DNA of 28,560 nucleotides, taken from positions 1 through 28,560 of the IMG/VR virus record IMGVR_UViG_3300006916_014236. One strand, written 5' to 3'. The DNA comes from a virus (lineage: Duplodnaviria > Caudoviricetes). The translations under genes were made by a program, and so were the position numbers. Below the pieces are notes generated by a model, which was not told the DNA's origin, ran no database searches, and saw nothing but the letters and a program-made list of their open reading frames with translations. Positions 26,999-28,560 of this stretch are shown in pieces (the stretch's first letter is position 1; the number at the start of each line of letters is the position of its first letter).

Positions 26999-27160
26999 TT
27001 AATTTGTAGTCTCTTCAAATGGATTTTTCAACACCTTTTCTACTGGAGGTGCTTTTTGTTCATAATTATCTTGTTTTTTATTACTCCAATTGATATCATC
27101 CCAATTAGAGTAATACTCTTGTTTATCTGAATATGGTCTAGCTTTACTTCCTTTGCTCAT
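26999..27160 (-). CDS. Small hypothetical protein, 53 aa (not in the ORF track)
   Basis: MSKGSKARPYSDKQEYYSNWDDINWSNKKQDNYEQKAPPVEKVLKNPFEETTN*. Its ATG overlaps the queD stop (ATGA) and its stop lies 2 nt before the queE ATG. Confidence 0.7.
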   Translation of the reverse strand: MSKGSKARPYSDKQEYYSNWDDINWSNKKQDNYEQKAPPVEKVLKNPFEETTN

Positions 27161-27600
27161 AGTAATCCTTTATATATTGCACTATTTTTTTCATGTTCCC
27201 AAACTTCAACTTTTTTAACAAAACATCTACCGTCAGTCATATCATCAACAAAACTTGAAGCGAGATTAAAACAAAACTCTGCGAATTTTTCAATACCTAC
27301 CCCATCCATAATCCGTAAGTCTATAATACCTTTTTCATGTAATTCTTCGAAAGTAGATAAAAACGGATCATCTTTAGATATGACAGTAGTGTGATCAAAT
27401 TGTTTCTCTAGTTTACTTTTTAAACCTTTGAGGGCTCCAAAGTCTACAACCCAGTTCCTTTCATCTAGCTCATTACAACCAAATAAAAATTTAGCTACTA
27501 AACGATATCCATGTAAGAACTTACAATGACTTGTTGCTTTCGGTTGTCTAAACGCACAACTACCTAGCTCTATAACTTTTGTGCTTCTAAATTTACTCAT
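27157..27600 (-). CDS. queD: 6-carboxy-5,6,7,8-tetrahydropterin synthase (QueD/PTPS family)
   Basis: 'SHCKFLHGY', 'WVVDFG', 'FDHT', 'EKFA', 'VEVWE..KNSA'; lies between folE and queE. Confidence 0.87.
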   Translation of the reverse strand: MSKFRSTKVIELGSCAFRQPKATSHCKFLHGYRLVAKFLFGCNELDERNWVVDFGALKGLKSKLEKQFDHTTVISKDDPFLSTFEELHEKGIIDLRIMDGVGIEKFAEFCFNLASSFVDDMTDGRCFVKKVEVWEHEKNSAIYKGLL

Positions 27601-27606
27601 AACTCA

Positions 27607-27634
27607 ATTATAAAATAGACTTGAAATAAGTCAA
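27607..27634 (-). promoter_or_regulatory. sigma70-like promoter TTGACT-N16-TATAAT for queD
   Basis: -35 at 27634-27629 and -10 at 27612-27607, 6 nt before ATG 27600. Confidence 0.7.
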
Positions 27635-27648
27635 TAATTAATTATAAT
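27621..27648 (+). promoter_or_regulatory. sigma70-like promoter TTGAAA-N16-TATAAT for folE
   Basis: -35 at 27621-27626 and -10 at 27643-27648, 7 nt before ATG 27656. Confidence 0.65.
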
Positions 27649-27655
27649 AGGTGAT

Positions 27656-28300
27656 ATGAGAAATAAAGAGTTTATTTTACCTACTGCTAATAGTTCTGCT
27701 CCGAGAACAGAAGAAGAACGACAATCAATTATTGAAAAAGCAACAAAAGCATACGAGGCATATTTAGATGCTTTAGGATTTGATTGGCGTAATGATCCTA
27801 ATAGTACAGATACCCCTCGTAGAGTAGCTAAAGCTTTTGTTAACGACCTAGCTACTGGTTGTTATGATAACCCTCCTAAAGTGACTTCATTCCCTTCAGA
27901 TGGTTATGATGGTATTGTATCACAATGTAATATTCCAGTAAAAAGTCTTTGTAGTCATCATCATTTAGCATTTACTGGAGTTGCTCATGTGGCCTACATA
28001 CCTAGTCTAGAAGGTAGGGTTATCGGATTAAGTAAGCTCAATCGTATAGTAGAATTTTTTGCTCGAAGGCCTCAGATTCAAGAAGGTCTAACAATCCAGA
28101 TTCATAACTCAATCGACGAAGTATGTGAGAAGAATCAGGGAGTAGCAGTACTAATAAAAGCTCAACATACTTGTGCTTGTTTGAGAGGCGTTAAGCATGA
28201 TGGGTGTTATATGGTAACATCTAAACTTTCAAAAGATTTTATGGATGATTCTAAAACTCGACAAGAGTTTTACGATTTCATAAAGATGGCAGAAAAATAA
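27656..28300 (+). CDS. folE: GTP cyclohydrolase I (type IA)
   Basis: 'DTPRRVAK', 'SLCSHHHLAF', 'IGLSKLNRIV', 'RRPQIQE', 'HTCACLRG'. Confidence 0.96.
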   Translation: MRNKEFILPTANSSAPRTEEERQSIIEKATKAYEAYLDALGFDWRNDPNSTDTPRRVAKAFVNDLATGCYDNPPKVTSFPSDGYDGIVSQCNIPVKSLCSHHHLAFTGVAHVAYIPSLEGRVIGLSKLNRIVEFFARRPQIQEGLTIQIHNSIDEVCEKNQGVAVLIKAQHTCACLRGVKHDGCYMVTSKLSKDFMDDSKTRQEFYDFIKMAEK

Positions 28301-28301
28301 A

Positions 28302-28559
28302 CTAAACTCCTAAACCGAAGTCGTTAATGATCTTTTGTAAGACATTGGCGACTTCTTTTGCATTCTCAGGAGTAACATCATGAGTTACAGTATCTTTTTC
28401 TGACGGAGAGAGCTCTATATTATCTAAATCTACAAATAAAGCTTTTTTAATCAAGTCAACATAAAAAACCTCACCTTCTGGTGACAAGGTATCAGCTTGA
28501 GGTTCAACAGGAGTACTATCAGGATCTTGAGCAACTTCGTCTTCATCTTCTTCATTTTG
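28302..28559 (-). CDS. Acidic hypothetical protein, C-terminal part (start lies beyond the window end)
   Basis: The frame stays open past the track's TTG 28487 to the window edge: QNEEDEDEVAQDPDSTPVEPQADTLSPEGEVFYVDLIKKALF...GLGV*. Confidence 0.7.
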   Translation of the reverse strand, partial: QNEEDEDEVAQDPDSTPVEPQADTLSPEGEVFYVDLIKKALFVDLDNIELSPSEKDTVTHDVTPENAKEVANVLQKIINDFGLGV

Positions 28560-28560
28560 T

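Larger units (their letters stand above)
1..28560. mobile_element. Segment of a large dsDNA bacteriophage genome (T4-like/huge phage), glycan island plus nucleotide-metabolism genes
   Basis: thyX, phoH, folE, queD and queE together, T4 late-promoter-like (TA)TAAATA motifs before starts, sigma70-like promoters, overlapping translationally coupled genes and no bacterial housekeeping context. No capsid or terminase gene is in the window, so this is an inference. Confidence 0.75.

Noticed and set aside
27601-27655. preQ1 riboswitch upstream of queD
   Set aside because: The promoter motif ends 6 nt before the start codon, leaving no leader, and I see no preQ1 aptamer stem.
1-28560. Eukaryotic giant virus (NCLDV) origin
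   Set aside because: The glycan gene content is similar, but overlapping operonic genes, sigma70-like promoters and queD/queE favour a bacteriophage.
1-28560. Stop-codon reassignment (alternative genetic code)
   Set aside because: The standard code already gives full-length proteins at high coding density. TAA and TGA end genes at expected positions, and the only break is a frameshift.
1-28560. tRNA, rRNA, CRISPR array, IS element, intron or intein
   Set aside because: No intergenic gap exceeds about 55 nt, I saw no repeat-spacer array, and the conserved enzymes have normal lengths.

Overview
An AT-rich, densely packed, almost wholly coding window, most likely from a large dsDNA bacteriophage (T4-like or huge-phage type). 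That call is an inference from thyX, phoH, folE/queD/queE, TAAATA and TTGA..TATAAT motifs just upstream of start codons, and ATGA-type gene overlaps. About 24 kb (1-23917) is a glycan-biosynthesis island. It holds roughly 19 glycosyltransferase or GT-like genes (GT25, GT32, GT4-like, GT2, GT10, GT11 and several unassigned GT-A-like proteins) and GDP-fucose synthesis genes (fcl, plus a gmd split by a frameshift near 15320). It also holds a DdhC/RfbH-type 3-dehydrase, an SDR reductase, a GDPD-like gene with a HAD/nucleotidyltransferase fusion, a sulfotransferase, two SAM methyltransferases and a radical SAM enzyme. I see no membrane proteins, flippase, polymerase or lipid-carrier initiating transferase, so the glycan appears to be built in the cytoplasm, possibly on virion proteins or DNA. 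The right end carries thyX, phoH, a P-loop kinase and three 7-deazaguanine (preQ0) pathway genes, with queD and folE driven by interlocked divergent promoters. I found no tRNA, rRNA, CRISPR array or transposase. All family calls come from recognising motifs by eye, not from database searches.
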